Shown: positions 40,027 to 49,633 of the stretch, one piece after another
Position numbering within the stretch: the first letter of the stretch is position 1
Layout of the letters: every line of letters begins with the position of its first letter
Position numbers and translations under genes: made by a program
The notes under the pieces: generated by a model
What the model was told of the DNA's origin: nothing
The model's database searches: none
The model's input: the letters and a program-made list of their open reading frames with translations, nothing else
From: Spirochaetota bacterium
GTDB taxonomy: Bacteria; Spirochaetota; UBA4802; UBA5550
NCBI GenBank assembly: GCA_040768125.1
Contig: JAXGNG010000003.1
Location: 476,408-540,407 of the forward strand
Length of the DNA stretch: 64,000 bases
Direction of reading: 5' to 3'

Positions 40027-40272
40027 TTGAAAAAAGCGATAACAACCCATAAAAGAGCAATATCCCATGAGAATACCCATCCTCTCATTGATGTTGCTTC
40101 ATGGCACGCAACCGACGACCGGCTCTTGACCATGACCATGAATTATTATCTGGAAGACTGCACCTTCCAGGATATCTCCGCTTCCCTGGAACGGTCACTG
40201 GATAAGAATCAAATAGCCCAACTCACCGAAATGGTATCGGTCCTGATTAAAGAATATGAAAAGAAAGATTGA
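40027..40272 (+). CDS. Small hypothetical protein between the recombinases
   Basis: 81-aa ORF filling the gap and overlapping the start of recombinase 2; start codon uncertain. Confidence 0.4.
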   Translation: MKKAITTHKRAISHENTHPLIDVASWHATDDRLLTMTMNYYLEDCTFQDISASLERSLDKNQIAQLTEMVSVLIKEYEKKD

Positions 40273-41905
40273 TTCAAATTATAAGATTGCCGCCTATGTC
40301 AGGGTCAGCACCCAGCGGCAGGCACTTGTCAAGGAAGGATCGCTCAAGAACCAGGAGGAGCGTATACGGGGATGGTTTGATTTTTTCAACAGCAAGAACG
40401 GGTTCATATTCAACTGGGACCAGAATGTCGTCATATACCGGGAGGAGGGGAAGTCCGCCAAGGATGTCAAGCAGAGGCCCCAGTTCCAGAAGATGGTCAG
40501 CGACATACACAGGGGCCAGATCCACAATGTTGTTGTGGCTTCCATTGACCGGATCTTCCGGAATATCAGGGACGCCCTCGATTTCATCACCCTCATAAAC
40601 AAGATCAACGTCGATTTCACCTCGCTCAAGGAAAACTTCGATACTTCATCCGCCACGGGCCGCGCCTTTCTCAATATCATGATGGTCTTCGCCCAGATGG
40701 AGCGGGAGCAGACGAGCGAGCGCGTGCGTATCGGGAACCGGCAGCGGGTGGAGCGGGGGCTCTGGACCTTCGCCAGGGTGCCCTATGGGTACGAGATGGA
40801 CAAGAACAAGAATGGGGCCCTCCTGATTCTGGACAGCGAGCGGGCAGGGGTTGAAATGGCCTTCCAGAACTATCTGAAAAGCGGGTCTATCAGGGGCGTC
40901 GCGAAGCTGCTTAACAATGCCGGGTTCAGGACAAAGATCGGCACTCCCTGGAAGCATGATACTATATACCGTATGCTTACGAATAAGGCATATCTTGGCC
41001 TGATACAGATCAATAAACGAAATATTGCCAAGGACAAGGAAAATGTGCCTGAACTGGACCGCTATAAAGAAGGGAAGGGCAACTGGGACCCGATCATAGA
41101 CGAGGATATCTTTTACCGGGTCCAGGAGATCCTTGTTAAGAATTACAAATCACGGACAAATCGGATGAAGGAAAAGCCCCATCCGTACCTGTTCCAGGGC
41201 GGCATTTTACAGTGCCATCACTGCGGCGGGACCATGGCCGGAACTTCAACGAAAAAGAATGGGAAGAAGTATTTTTATTACTATTGCGAGAAGTGCAGGT
41301 TCCAGACGACTGCGGTCAGGCTGGATGAGATAATCAAAAAGGTTATCTATGACTTTATCGAGAACGAGAGCGTCATCATTAAAAAGGCCCTGGAAAAGGT
41401 CAACGAGCGCAAGGGCGGGGACATGGCCCTGCTCAGGGACAGCATGAGCAATGCGAAAAAGATCCTCTTCGGGATCCAGAAAAAGATCGAGGTCAAGACC
41501 GTTGCCCTGGGGAATACTGATAACCGGCAGCTTATTGAAAAGATAAACGAGGAGTTGACTGACCTGCTCCAGGAGGAAGGGAAGATCCTGGGAGCAATCC
41601 AGGGACTGGAAAAGCAGATCGAAGACCTCGATTACCAGAGCATCATGGAACAGGCATTGAAGAATGTGAAATACTACCGCAAGCTCATCCTGAGCCATAT
41701 CACCCCTATCCATCTCCGTGAAATTGTGCACCTGTTGTTTTCACGCATCCAGGTCGGTGATAACTATATCAAGCTCGGCATCAGGGGCGAGGTAAACCTT
41801 GAGGAATTCAGCGTTATTATGGGCAAAGAGGGTCCGGCGTCGCATGAGGAAAATAAAACGGCCCAAACTGAAAAGTTTGGGCCGTGTCGTGCTTTGCGGG
41901 GTTGA
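40256..41905 (+). CDS. Large serine recombinase 2 (integrase); stop codon inside tRNA-Asp
   Basis: YVRVSTQRQ, SIDRIFRN, FAQMEREQTSER, VPYGY, and CHHC...CEKC zinc ribbon. Confidence 0.92.
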   Translation: MKRKIDSNYKIAAYVRVSTQRQALVKEGSLKNQEERIRGWFDFFNSKNGFIFNWDQNVVIYREEGKSAKDVKQRPQFQKMVSDIHRGQIHNVVVASIDRIFRNIRDALDFITLINKINVDFTSLKENFDTSSATGRAFLNIMMVFAQMEREQTSERVRIGNRQRVERGLWTFARVPYGYEMDKNKNGALLILDSERAGVEMAFQNYLKSGSIRGVAKLLNNAGFRTKIGTPWKHDTIYRMLTNKAYLGLIQINKRNIAKDKENVPELDRYKEGKGNWDPIIDEDIFYRVQEILVKNYKSRTNRMKEKPHPYLFQGGILQCHHCGGTMAGTSTKKNGKKYFYYYCEKCRFQTTAVRLDEIIKKVIYDFIENESVIIKKALEKVNERKGGDMALLRDSMSNAKKILFGIQKKIEVKTVALGNTDNRQLIEKINEELTDLLQEEGKILGAIQGLEKQIEDLDYQSIMEQALKNVKYYRKLILSHITPIHLREIVHLLFSRIQVGDNYIKLGIRGEVNLEEFSVIMGKEGPASHEENKTAQTEKFGPCRALRG

Positions 41906-41971
41906 CGAGACTCGAACTCGCGACCCCCTGCGTGACAGGCAGGTACTCTAACCAAACTGAGCTACAACCCC
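41897..41971 (-). tRNA. tRNA-Asp (GTC), CCA not encoded
   Basis: Minus strand GGGGTTG-TA-GCTC AGTTTGGTTA GAGT-A-CCTGC CTGTCAC GCAGG-GGGTC-GCGAG TTCGAGT CTCGT-CAACCCC-G folds into a complete cloverleaf. Confidence 0.97.
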
Positions 41972-42236
41972 GTGCAAATCGTGGTACATCAAACAATATG
42001 CCCCGTCTCTGTCAAACAATTTTTTCAGGTTCCCCCCCGCCGTGGAGCGAGGCGTCATGATCGGGGCCCCCCGGCGCCATTTTCACCGCGGTACGGTTGC
42101 TGATCGGCGGAATAGTTGGTATATTGTACGTAAGGGCCCCGGGTTTTTTCCATTGACAGGGAGGGGCGGGGTCCCGAATCTGTGAAGGGGGCCTCCGAGG
42201 GGGCCGGGCGATACCATTCAAGAGGAGAACCAGAAC

Positions 42237-42776
42237 GTGGCGGAACAGGGGGTCGCGAGGGCCCATGAAATAATCTATTACGGGCACGACACCCTCCGGA
42301 AGGTGGCGGAGGAGATCGCCGACGTCAACGGCGAGATCATCAGCCTCATCGATTCGATGTACAACGTGATGTACCGCTCGAAGGGGATCGGCCTGGCGGC
42401 GCCCCAGGTGGACGTGTCCAAGCGCCTTTTCATCCTCGATATCTCCGAGGAGGAGGGGGGGAAGGGCGTCTCCCTGGAGCTGATCAACCCGGTCATCAGG
42501 GAGTCCTCCGAGAAAGAGGGACCCTACAACGAGGGATGCCTCTCCGTGCCCGGCATATGGGAGGAGGTGACGCGCCCCCTGGAGATACTCGTCACCGGCG
42601 TTGACCGCGAGGGGAACGAGGTGGAGTACGAGGCGAGGGGCCTCCTCGCCCGGGTGATGCAGCACGAGATCGACCACCTGAACGGCATTCTCTTCGTTGA
42701 CCGCATCGAGGACTATATCCGCAACGAGCTCCGCCCGGAGCTGAAGAAAATCAAGAAGCTGAACCGCCGGACATGA
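42237..42776 (+). CDS. def: Peptide deformylase
   Basis: GIGLAAPQV, EGCLSVP and QHEIDHLNG. Confidence 0.96.
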   Translation: MAEQGVARAHEIIYYGHDTLRKVAEEIADVNGEIISLIDSMYNVMYRSKGIGLAAPQVDVSKRLFILDISEEEGGKGVSLELINPVIRESSEKEGPYNEGCLSVPGIWEEVTRPLEILVTGVDREGNEVEYEARGLLARVMQHEIDHLNGILFVDRIEDYIRNELRPELKKIKKLNRRT

Positions 42777-43699
42777 GGGTAGGGTTCTTCGGCACCCCCG
42801 ACCTGGCCGCCCGGGTCCTGGCGGACCTGGCGAGACGGCACGAGATGCTCTTCATCGTCACGGCCCCCGACCGGGAGGCGGGGCGGCACCGCGCCCTCCG
42901 TCCCTGCGCTGCCAAGCTCTGCGCCGGCGACATCGACGCGCCGGTGCTCCAGCCGGAGACCCTGAAGGGCCCCGCCTTTCTCGAGGAGATCCGCGCCTTC
43001 AACGCCGACATCTTCGTCGTCGTGGCCTACGGGAGCCTTATTCCGAGGAGCGTTTTCGATCTCCCACCCCTGGGAACCGTCAACCTCCACCCCTCCCTCC
43101 TGCCGAAGTACCGCGGCGCGGCGCCGATCCCCTGGGCCATCATGAACGGCGAGACCGGGACCGGCATCACCGTCCAGCTCATCAACGAGCGCCTCGACGC
43201 CGGGGACATAGTTGTCCAGGAGCCCCTGGCCATCGGGCCGGACATGACCGCCGGGGACCTCGTGGACATCGTCTGCGCGCGCGGCGCCGGTCTCATCGAC
43301 CGGGCCATGGCGATACTGGCCGCCGGGGACCCGAAGCCCATGGTGCAGGATGAATCGAAGGCGACCTACTGCGGGAAGATCGACCGCGACATGGCGCGGA
43401 TCAGGTGGGACGCGCCGGCCCATGCGGTACACGACCTGGTACGGGCCATGAACCCGAAGCCCGTGGCCTTCACGGAATTCCGTGGGGAGCCCCTGAAGAT
43501 ATTCAACACGGCGGTTCAAGGGGGAGGGGAGGGGGCGCCCCCGGGTTCGATCATCATGGAGGGGAAGAAACGCCTCCTGGCGGCCGCGGGGGACGGCCTC
43601 GTGGAGATCCGGTCCCTCCAGCCCGCCAGCAGGAAGGTGATGGACGCCCTCTCCTTCATCAACGGCTTCCGCCCCGCCCCGGGCGAGCGCTTCGGGTGA
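42773..43699 (+). CDS. fmt: Methionyl-tRNA formyltransferase
   Basis: FFGTP, VVAYG, NLHPSLLPKYRGAAPI and LDAGD; coupled to def. Confidence 0.96.
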   Translation: MRVGFFGTPDLAARVLADLARRHEMLFIVTAPDREAGRHRALRPCAAKLCAGDIDAPVLQPETLKGPAFLEEIRAFNADIFVVVAYGSLIPRSVFDLPPLGTVNLHPSLLPKYRGAAPIPWAIMNGETGTGITVQLINERLDAGDIVVQEPLAIGPDMTAGDLVDIVCARGAGLIDRAMAILAAGDPKPMVQDESKATYCGKIDRDMARIRWDAPAHAVHDLVRAMNPKPVAFTEFRGEPLKIFNTAVQGGGEGAPPGSIIMEGKKRLLAAAGDGLVEIRSLQPASRKVMDALSFINGFRPAPGERFG

Positions 43700-43720
43700 G
43701 GGGCGCCGGGCCGGTCTCCG

Positions 43721-45490
43721 CTACTTCTTCGGCGTCTTCTTCGAAAAGAGCCCCTTGATGCTCTGCACCAGGGTGCGCGGCTTCGCCTTTTTCCTCGAGT
43801 CCTCGATCACCCGGGTCTTCTCGAAATTCTCGCCGTATTTGTCCCGGAAATATTCAAGGCGCTGTTCCGGCGTCGCGTCACGGGAGAGCCTGGGCTCGCC
43901 CCTGCCGCCGCCGGATCGGGACCGGTCGGAGCGCTGGCCCTGGCGGGAACGTCCCTTCGGTGCCGGTTCCTGGCGGGGCGCCGCGCCGTTTTCGGGTTTT
44001 TTACCCCGGCGGGGCCGACGATTCCGCGCGCCCTTCGGCGCCTCGGCAGACGCCGCCGCGCGCGCCGGAGCAGCCTCCGGGGCAGCGGGGGCCTTTTTCT
44101 CCACCGTGGCCGCCGCTGCGGGGGCGGCCTTTTCGGCGCTTCGCTTGCCGGCGTCCTTTCTCGCTGGTCGGCGGGACCGCGGGGGCGCGGTCTCGCCCGC
44201 GGCTTCCGTTTTTTTCTGCTCCCTGCGCGGCGCCGGCGCGGAGGTCCTTCCCCGCCGCGCCCCGCTCTCCTGCCGTCGCGGGCCCCGCCGGTCGCCGGGG
44301 CGGCCCCTGCGGTCGCCACCGTACCCGCGGCCCGACGGGATCGGCGATCCCGCGGCCTCGACGATGAGGGACTCGTCGGCCCACTTCGTGGGGATCTGCA
44401 TGCCGATCAGCTTCTCGATGGGGGCCAGGTTGAAGACGTCGTCCTCGCATGCCAGGGTGATCGCCTTCCCGGACTTGCCGGCCCGGGCCGTCCTGCCGAT
44501 GCGGTGCACGTAGTTCTGGTTGTCCTCGGGGAGGTCGTAGTTGATCACCATGTCGAGCTCCTCGATGTGGAGGCCCCGGGCGGCCACGTCCGTGGCGACC
44601 AGTATCTCCGTCTTTCCCGCCTTGATCGAATCGATGATCTGGAGGCGCTGCTTCTGGGGAAGGTCCCCGGAGATGTAGTCGTTCTTCACGCCGTTGGCCT
44701 CCAGGCGCTTCGAGACCCGCTCGGCGGTCCGCTTCATGTTGGTGAAGATGAGTACGCTTTTCGGCTTCTCGGAGCGGAGGAGCCCCAGGAGGAGATTGAA
44801 CTTCTCATCCCTGCCGACGTGGTAGAGCTCCTGGGTGATCAGGTCCACGGTGAGCTTCTCAGGCGTGATCTCGATCTCCACGGGGTCGTTCATGTACTCC
44901 CAGGCCAGGTGCTTGACGCGCTGGCTCAGGGTCGCGCTGTAGAGCATGGTGAGCCGCTCCGCCGGGGGCACCATCCGCTTGATCATGAAGCGGATGTCCG
45001 GGATGAAGCCCATGTCGAACATCCTGTCGGCCTCGTCGATGACCAGGATCTCGAATTTACCGAAATCGATCTTCCGCGACTTCTGGTAGTCGATCAGGCG
45101 GCCCGGGGTGCCGATGAAAAGATCGACGTCCTCCTTGAGGAGGCGGTCCTGGGTGGCGTAGCCCACGCCGCCGTAGAAGCAGCCGGTCCTGATGCCGCAG
45201 TACTTGCCCAAAAGCTGCGCGTCCTGCTCCACCTGCACGGCGAGCTCCCTCGTGGGGGTGAGGACCAGGGCCTTCCGGTGGCGGCACCGCTCGTCCGTGA
45301 GAAAAAGGTTGAAGATGGTGATGAGAAAGGCGGCGGTCTTGCCCGTCCCCGTCTGTGACTGGACGTAGACGTCCCTTCCCTCGAGGGTTTCCCGCAGGGT
45401 CTTTTCCTGCACCGGCGTGCAGTGGATGAAGCCGGCCTCCTCGATCCCCTTCATGACCAGGGGGTGTAGGTTCAATTCTGTGAATAACAT
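43721..45490 (-). CDS. DEAD-box RNA helicase (RhlB/RhlE-like) with low-complexity basic C-tail
   Basis: QTGTGKT, PTRELA, IDEADRM, YSAT, ATDVAARG and YVHRIGRTAR. Start taken at the ATG at 45490. Confidence 0.93.
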   Translation of the reverse strand: MLFTELNLHPLVMKGIEEAGFIHCTPVQEKTLRETLEGRDVYVQSQTGTGKTAAFLITIFNLFLTDERCRHRKALVLTPTRELAVQVEQDAQLLGKYCGIRTGCFYGGVGYATQDRLLKEDVDLFIGTPGRLIDYQKSRKIDFGKFEILVIDEADRMFDMGFIPDIRFMIKRMVPPAERLTMLYSATLSQRVKHLAWEYMNDPVEIEITPEKLTVDLITQELYHVGRDEKFNLLLGLLRSEKPKSVLIFTNMKRTAERVSKRLEANGVKNDYISGDLPQKQRLQIIDSIKAGKTEILVATDVAARGLHIEELDMVINYDLPEDNQNYVHRIGRTARAGKSGKAITLACEDDVFNLAPIEKLIGMQIPTKWADESLIVEAAGSPIPSGRGYGGDRRGRPGDRRGPRRQESGARRGRTSAPAPRREQKKTEAAGETAPPRSRRPARKDAGKRSAEKAAPAAAATVEKKAPAAPEAAPARAAASAEAPKGARNRRPRRGKKPENGAAPRQEPAPKGRSRQGQRSDRSRSGGGRGEPRLSRDATPEQRLEYFRDKYGENFEKTRVIEDSRKKAKPRTLVQSIKGLFSKKTPKK

Positions 45491-45666
45491 AGTTTCCTTT
45501 ATATAGTATTGTGATGAATGTACCATCCTCTTTCAGGTATTGCCGAATATTGTCAATACAAATAATTGAAAAATGGGAAACGGGCCCCGCCGTCTGAATA
45601 ACCGCGCCGGGGAGAAACGGGACCATTGACGAACGGGTCCCTTTTCCCCGTAACGAGTAATATTTA

Positions 45667-45696
45667 TTGACAAATAACCGGTAAATGCGGTAATCT
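45667..45696 (+). promoter_or_regulatory. Sigma70-type promoter upstream of the HNH gene
   Basis: TTGACA, 18 nt spacer, TAATCT, in an AT-rich patch. Confidence 0.55.
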
Positions 45697-45844
45697 ATAG
45701 GTGAGGTCCCGCCGCGGTGAAGCAGAGGGCGATCGGTCGTGACCCGAGCGCGCCGCCCCACAACGAAGCGCAACGAGTTCCGAGACGCGGACGATGCCCC
45801 TGGCGCCGCGGGAGCATGCCGGGGAAGCGGCCCGATGGATCGGC

Positions 45845-45874
45845 GAAAGATGACGGGGTGAAAGATGACGGGGT
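45845..45874 (+). repeat. 15-bp tandem duplication GAAAGATGACGGGGT x2
   Basis: Read directly at 45845-45859 and 45860-45874. Confidence 0.85.
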
Positions 45875-45880
45875 GGGCAC

Positions 45881-46159
45881 GTGCACGATGAGGCGGCGAT
45901 CGCCAGGGAGAAACGGAAGGCCAGGGAACTGCGTCATTCGGCGTGGTGGCGCCGGAAGACCGCTTCCGGGATATGCCACTACTGCGGGGGGAAGTTTTCC
46001 CCCTCCGAGCTCACGATGGACCACGTGATACCCCTGGGCCGCGGCGGCACATCGGAGAAAATAAACATCGTTGCCGCGTGCAAGGAGTGCAACACGAAGA
46101 AGAAGACCCTCCTCACCGTTGAGTGGGAGGAATACATGCGAAGCCTGAAGTCGAGATAG
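45881..46159 (+). CDS. Small HNH endonuclease
   Basis: CHYC...[12 protein letters not shown]...[10 protein letters not shown]. Confidence 0.88.
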   Translation: MHDEAAIAREKRKARELRHSAWWRRKTASGICHYCGGKFSPSELTMDHVIPLGRGGTSEKINIVAACKECNTKKKTLLTVEWEEYMRSLKSR

Positions 46160-46168
46160 GATGGTGCG

Positions 46169-48592
46169 ATGGCGGGAACCGTGGAACGCTTGAAGAAGGG
46201 GGACGTGCTCTTCGCCCAGGGTGAAAAGCCCCGGGACCTCTACATGCTCCAGGAAGGGTCCCTGGAGATACTCACCGCCTCCGAGGAATTCGAGGGCCTT
46301 GACCGGAACATCGTGATCTCCCGAAGCGACCGGGTGGGCCTTCTCGCGGGAAAAACGCTTCTCTCCGGTTTCGCGGACCACCTCACGGGCCCCTACCGCT
46401 TCAGCGTCCGCGCGGTCGCGGACTCCTCCGTGGCGACCCACGCCCTCCCGAAAAACGGGATCCAGGGGATCGCCGACGCCCAGCCGGCCCAGGCCGTCGC
46501 CGTGCTCAAGCACCTCTACCAGAACATTCGGGCGGCCCAGCAGACCGTGGCGCGCCACGCGAAGCTCTACCAGACGATATGCATCATGGCGGACAACATG
46601 TCCCTGCTGTACCGCGAGATGTCGGAGACCAACGCGTCGGACCGCCTCCATTCCGCCGCGGAGTCCCTCCACAAAAAATTCAAGTCGAAGGGCGGCGCCC
46701 TGGCCCCGCCCCTGGACGCCCGGTTCCTGATCACGAACAACGGCCAGTACCTGGGAAGGGAGTACGGGCTCCCCGAGGCGCTGCGGGACGACGAGGCGTC
46801 CAGGTCCGACGACTTCATACTCCGGACCCTCAAGCTCGAGCAGAACGTCGTGGTGTCGATGTTCAAATCCGACGCGACCATGGCGTCGAGCATGTACGAC
46901 GGGCTCTCCGCGAGTTTCGCCGGGACCCTGGGGCGGGCCGGGGCGATCACGGGCTACACGGACCGGGAGCTCGCGCTCCTCTTCGGCGACGACAACAGCT
47001 GGACCTCCTACCTCTTCGACGCCGGGGGCATCGGCGAATGGGAGCGGAGCGGGAAACTCTCCCCCGATTTCGTGAAAAACCTCCTCTCCCTCCTGGTCAA
47101 GGTGAACGCCCTCTACGAGGAGCTGACCGGCAGGAAGGTCACCGCGCAATTTCCCGCCATCCGGAAGATCCACGAGTACTATTCATCGGGGTCATCCCGG
47201 GACGCAGGGAAGCCCGCGGCCCCGGCGGTGATAGCGACGGGTGCCCTGAGCAAGTCGATCCACCAGATATTCGAGTTCGCCCTGGTGACCAAGGACTTCA
47301 AGACCAGGTTCCTGAAGCTGCTCAACGAGTTCAAGTCCGCCAAGAACCCCCTCAACACCGAGCCCGAGGGGCGGAAGCTGAGGCGCCACATCGCCTCCCT
47401 CTACTGGGACCTTTACAAGCAGACCTACGTCAGGAGCATCAGCGATTCCGCCGTGCCGCGGCCGGCCCAGATGATGCTGAATTTCGGCTTTCTCGACGAG
47501 GGGCTTCTCGAGGACGAGCAGGTGAAGGACCTGACCGAGCTGTCGCGACTCCGCGAGAAGACGCGGGACGTCCCCGTGCTCATGGAAACGGAGTTCCTCA
47601 CCATGGTCCACGGCGGCCAGGTCGAGCCGAGCATCACGGAGATGGGCCTCAACTACCGCGGTTTCCTGGAGGAGCAGGAGAAGCACCGCACGAAGAAGGA
47701 CCGGGAGAAGGACCCCAAGGTCGACGAGAACATCTCGAAGGTGATGTACGAGATCGACCAGCGCCTGGCGCCCACGGCGGCGATCTGCTCGGGGTCCACG
47801 GCCACGGCCTTTCCGATACTCACCTCCCTGATGGTGCGCGGCAACCTGAAGCAGATCTACACGCACAAGCAGAAGATCGAGGCCATCGTGAAGGACGTGC
47901 GGAACATCGATTTCTCCGTGTTTTTCCGGGAGACGGTCCTGAAGATCGGCGACGCCCGGGAGATCATCCAGGAGGAGGTGGTCCCCTATTTCATTCTCCT
48001 TCCCGTCTTCGGCACGCGGACCCAGCTCTGGCAGGACATGACGGGGACCAACAAGCGGAGCCGGGGGAGGATCGTCCTGCCCGTCTTTTTCGTCGGCGAC
48101 CTGATGAGGAGCCTGGTCCACACCTTCGCCTGCTTCAGGTGGGAGCTCAACCGCGACGTGAAGGGGCCGATGTGGGCCGACCCCATCGACGGCGGCGTCA
48201 CGGGGGAGTATTTCGATTACGTCAACACCTACAAGAAGATGTCGAAGCTCTCCCAGGAGGCCAAGGAGAAGATCGACGAGAAGTTCCGCGGCATCAGGAA
48301 CAACCGGGACCGCTTCGCCGACGATTATCTCCAGTGGGTGCTCTACGAGAAGGACGGCATCATGAAGCTGAACGGCGTGGTGCGGGAGATGTTCTTCCGG
48401 CACATACCCTTTCGGCAGGACATACGCGAGAAGCTCGAGGCAATGCCCGCCTTCACCCAGCCCGCGACCCGTTACAAGAACATCCACAAGAGGGAGGTGG
48501 AGGCCTTCGAGCGCAGGTTCAAGAAATACCAGGACGCCCAGGGCAACCACCCGGAAGAGATACGCAGGTTCTTCGAGTTCCTCAACCTGTGA
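46169..48592 (+). CDS. Cyclic-nucleotide-binding-domain protein (large, spirochaete-type)
   Basis: N-terminal LKKGDVLFAQGEKPRDLYMLQEGSLEI is a cNMP fold; long helical C-terminus. Confidence 0.75.
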   Translation: MAGTVERLKKGDVLFAQGEKPRDLYMLQEGSLEILTASEEFEGLDRNIVISRSDRVGLLAGKTLLSGFADHLTGPYRFSVRAVADSSVATHALPKNGIQGIADAQPAQAVAVLKHLYQNIRAAQQTVARHAKLYQTICIMADNMSLLYREMSETNASDRLHSAAESLHKKFKSKGGALAPPLDARFLITNNGQYLGREYGLPEALRDDEASRSDDFILRTLKLEQNVVVSMFKSDATMASSMYDGLSASFAGTLGRAGAITGYTDRELALLFGDDNSWTSYLFDAGGIGEWERSGKLSPDFVKNLLSLLVKVNALYEELTGRKVTAQFPAIRKIHEYYSSGSSRDAGKPAAPAVIATGALSKSIHQIFEFALVTKDFKTRFLKLLNEFKSAKNPLNTEPEGRKLRRHIASLYWDLYKQTYVRSISDSAVPRPAQMMLNFGFLDEGLLEDEQVKDLTELSRLREKTRDVPVLMETEFLTMVHGGQVEPSITEMGLNYRGFLEEQEKHRTKKDREKDPKVDENISKVMYEIDQRLAPTAAICSGSTATAFPILTSLMVRGNLKQIYTHKQKIEAIVKDVRNIDFSVFFRETVLKIGDAREIIQEEVVPYFILLPVFGTRTQLWQDMTGTNKRSRGRIVLPVFFVGDLMRSLVHTFACFRWELNRDVKGPMWADPIDGGVTGEYFDYVNTYKKMSKLSQEAKEKIDEKFRGIRNNRDRFADDYLQWVLYEKDGIMKLNGVVREMFFRHIPFRQDIREKLEAMPAFTQPATRYKNIHKREVEAFERRFKKYQDAQGNHPEEIRRFFEFLNL

Positions 48593-48634
48593 AGTCCCCC
48601 GCCTTCGCGGAGCGCCGCCCAGCGCGGCGGCCCC

Positions 48635-49633
48635 TCAGTCCTCCGTCGCGTCGAAGAAGACGCCCATGTTCGTGATGGCCTGGCCGTAGGCTTTCTCCAG
48701 GGTGAGGGACGACTTGTATCCCGCGGCGTTCCTGTGGCCGCCGCCCCCGTTCTCCATGGCCACCCGGGCCACGTCCAGTTCCCCCTTGGTCCGCAGGCTC
48801 ACCTTGACGGGGCCGTCGATGTCCTGTTTCACCAGGACGCTCGCCACGACCCCCCGGACGGTGAGGGGAAGGTTGATCGCCGGCTCCCCCTCGGTGAAGG
48901 CCGCCCCCGTTTCCATCAGCATCTCCCGCGTGAGCTTCATGGCGACGAGCCTGCCTCCGTAGAGGACCTCCATGGTGGCGAGTATGCGGCTTCTCAGCTC
49001 GAAGCTCGAGAGGGCGTTCTGCTCGTATATCTGCTCGTGGATGAAGCTGGGCACCACGCCCAGCTCCTCCAGGTGGGCGGCGATGCGGAACGTCTCCGCC
49101 GAGGTCTTCGGGTAGACGAAGGACCCCGTGTCGTAGACGATCCCCGCGAAGAGGGCCTGGGCCGCCCTCAGGGTGATGGGGCGGTCGTAGTGGCGGATGA
49201 TGTGGTAGATCAGCTCGCACACCGACGAGGCCCCGGTCTTGATTATGTTTTCCCCGAGCTTCGCGTATTCCCCGTCGTGGTGGTCGATGATCATGATTTC
49301 CCGCACGACCTTCCCCAGGATGATGCTGGCACGGCCGATGTTGGAGTAGTCGTTCGTGTCCAGGACGATGTGCCCGTACTCACGTATGTCGTCGGGGAGA
49401 CGGTAGGAACCGTCCATGACGTGGATGTCGTTGTCGGGGTCGAGGAAGCGGAAGGTTTCGGGAGTGGGGTCGGAATTGATGATGAGGGCCGTTTTGCCCA
49501 TGGACTTCAGGAGCTCGAACATCGCGATCTCGCCGCCGAGGCCGTCCCAGTCGGGATTTTCATGGGTCGACAGTATGATTTTATCATAGTCCGCGAGAAA
49601 GGTGTCGAGCCTGGCGAACTCTTCCTGCATCAA
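48635..49633 (-). CDS. nrnA: DHH/DHHA1 phosphoesterase (NrnA-like)
   Basis: [27 protein letters not shown] and [10 protein letters not shown]. Confidence 0.88.
   Translation of the reverse strand: MMQEEFARLDTFLADYDKIILSTHENPDWDGLGGEIAMFELLKSMGKTALIINSDPTPETFRFLDPDNDIHVMDGSYRLPDDIREYGHIVLDTNDYSNIGRASIILGKVVREIMIIDHHDGEYAKLGENIIKTGASSVCELIYHIIRHYDRPITLRAAQALFAGIVYDTGSFVYPKTSAETFRIAAHLEELGVVPSFIHEQIYEQNALSSFELRSRILATMEVLYGGRLVAMKLTREMLMETGAAFTEGEPAINLPLTVRGVVASVLVKQDIDGPVKVSLRTKGELDVARVAMENGGGGHRNAAGYKSSLTLEKAYGQAITNMGVFFDATED

Larger units (their letters stand above)
1..41905. mobile_element. Integrative defence island (right part), inserted at the 3' end of tRNA-Asp; left end outside the window
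   Basis: Visible composition shift from mixed/AT-rich DNA to GC-rich housekeeping DNA at ~42 kb. Two serine recombinases abut the tRNA 3' end. Cargo is almost all nucleases, helicases and methyltransferases. No second att copy was seen in the window. Confidence 0.88.

Noticed and set aside
45718-45775. SAM-I or ZTP riboswitch-like words (GAAGCAGAGGG, GGTCGTGAC)
   Set aside because: The remaining conserved elements (P1 AUC/GAU and GGUGC..AA for SAM-I; the CGCCUGGGC pseudoknot for ZTP) are missing.
46579-48675. Long alternative-frame ORFs (698 aa plus strand, 452 aa minus strand) and similar ones across 42-64 kb
   Set aside because: They are Arg/Gly/Pro-rich or antisense shadows of real high-GC genes and carry no motifs.
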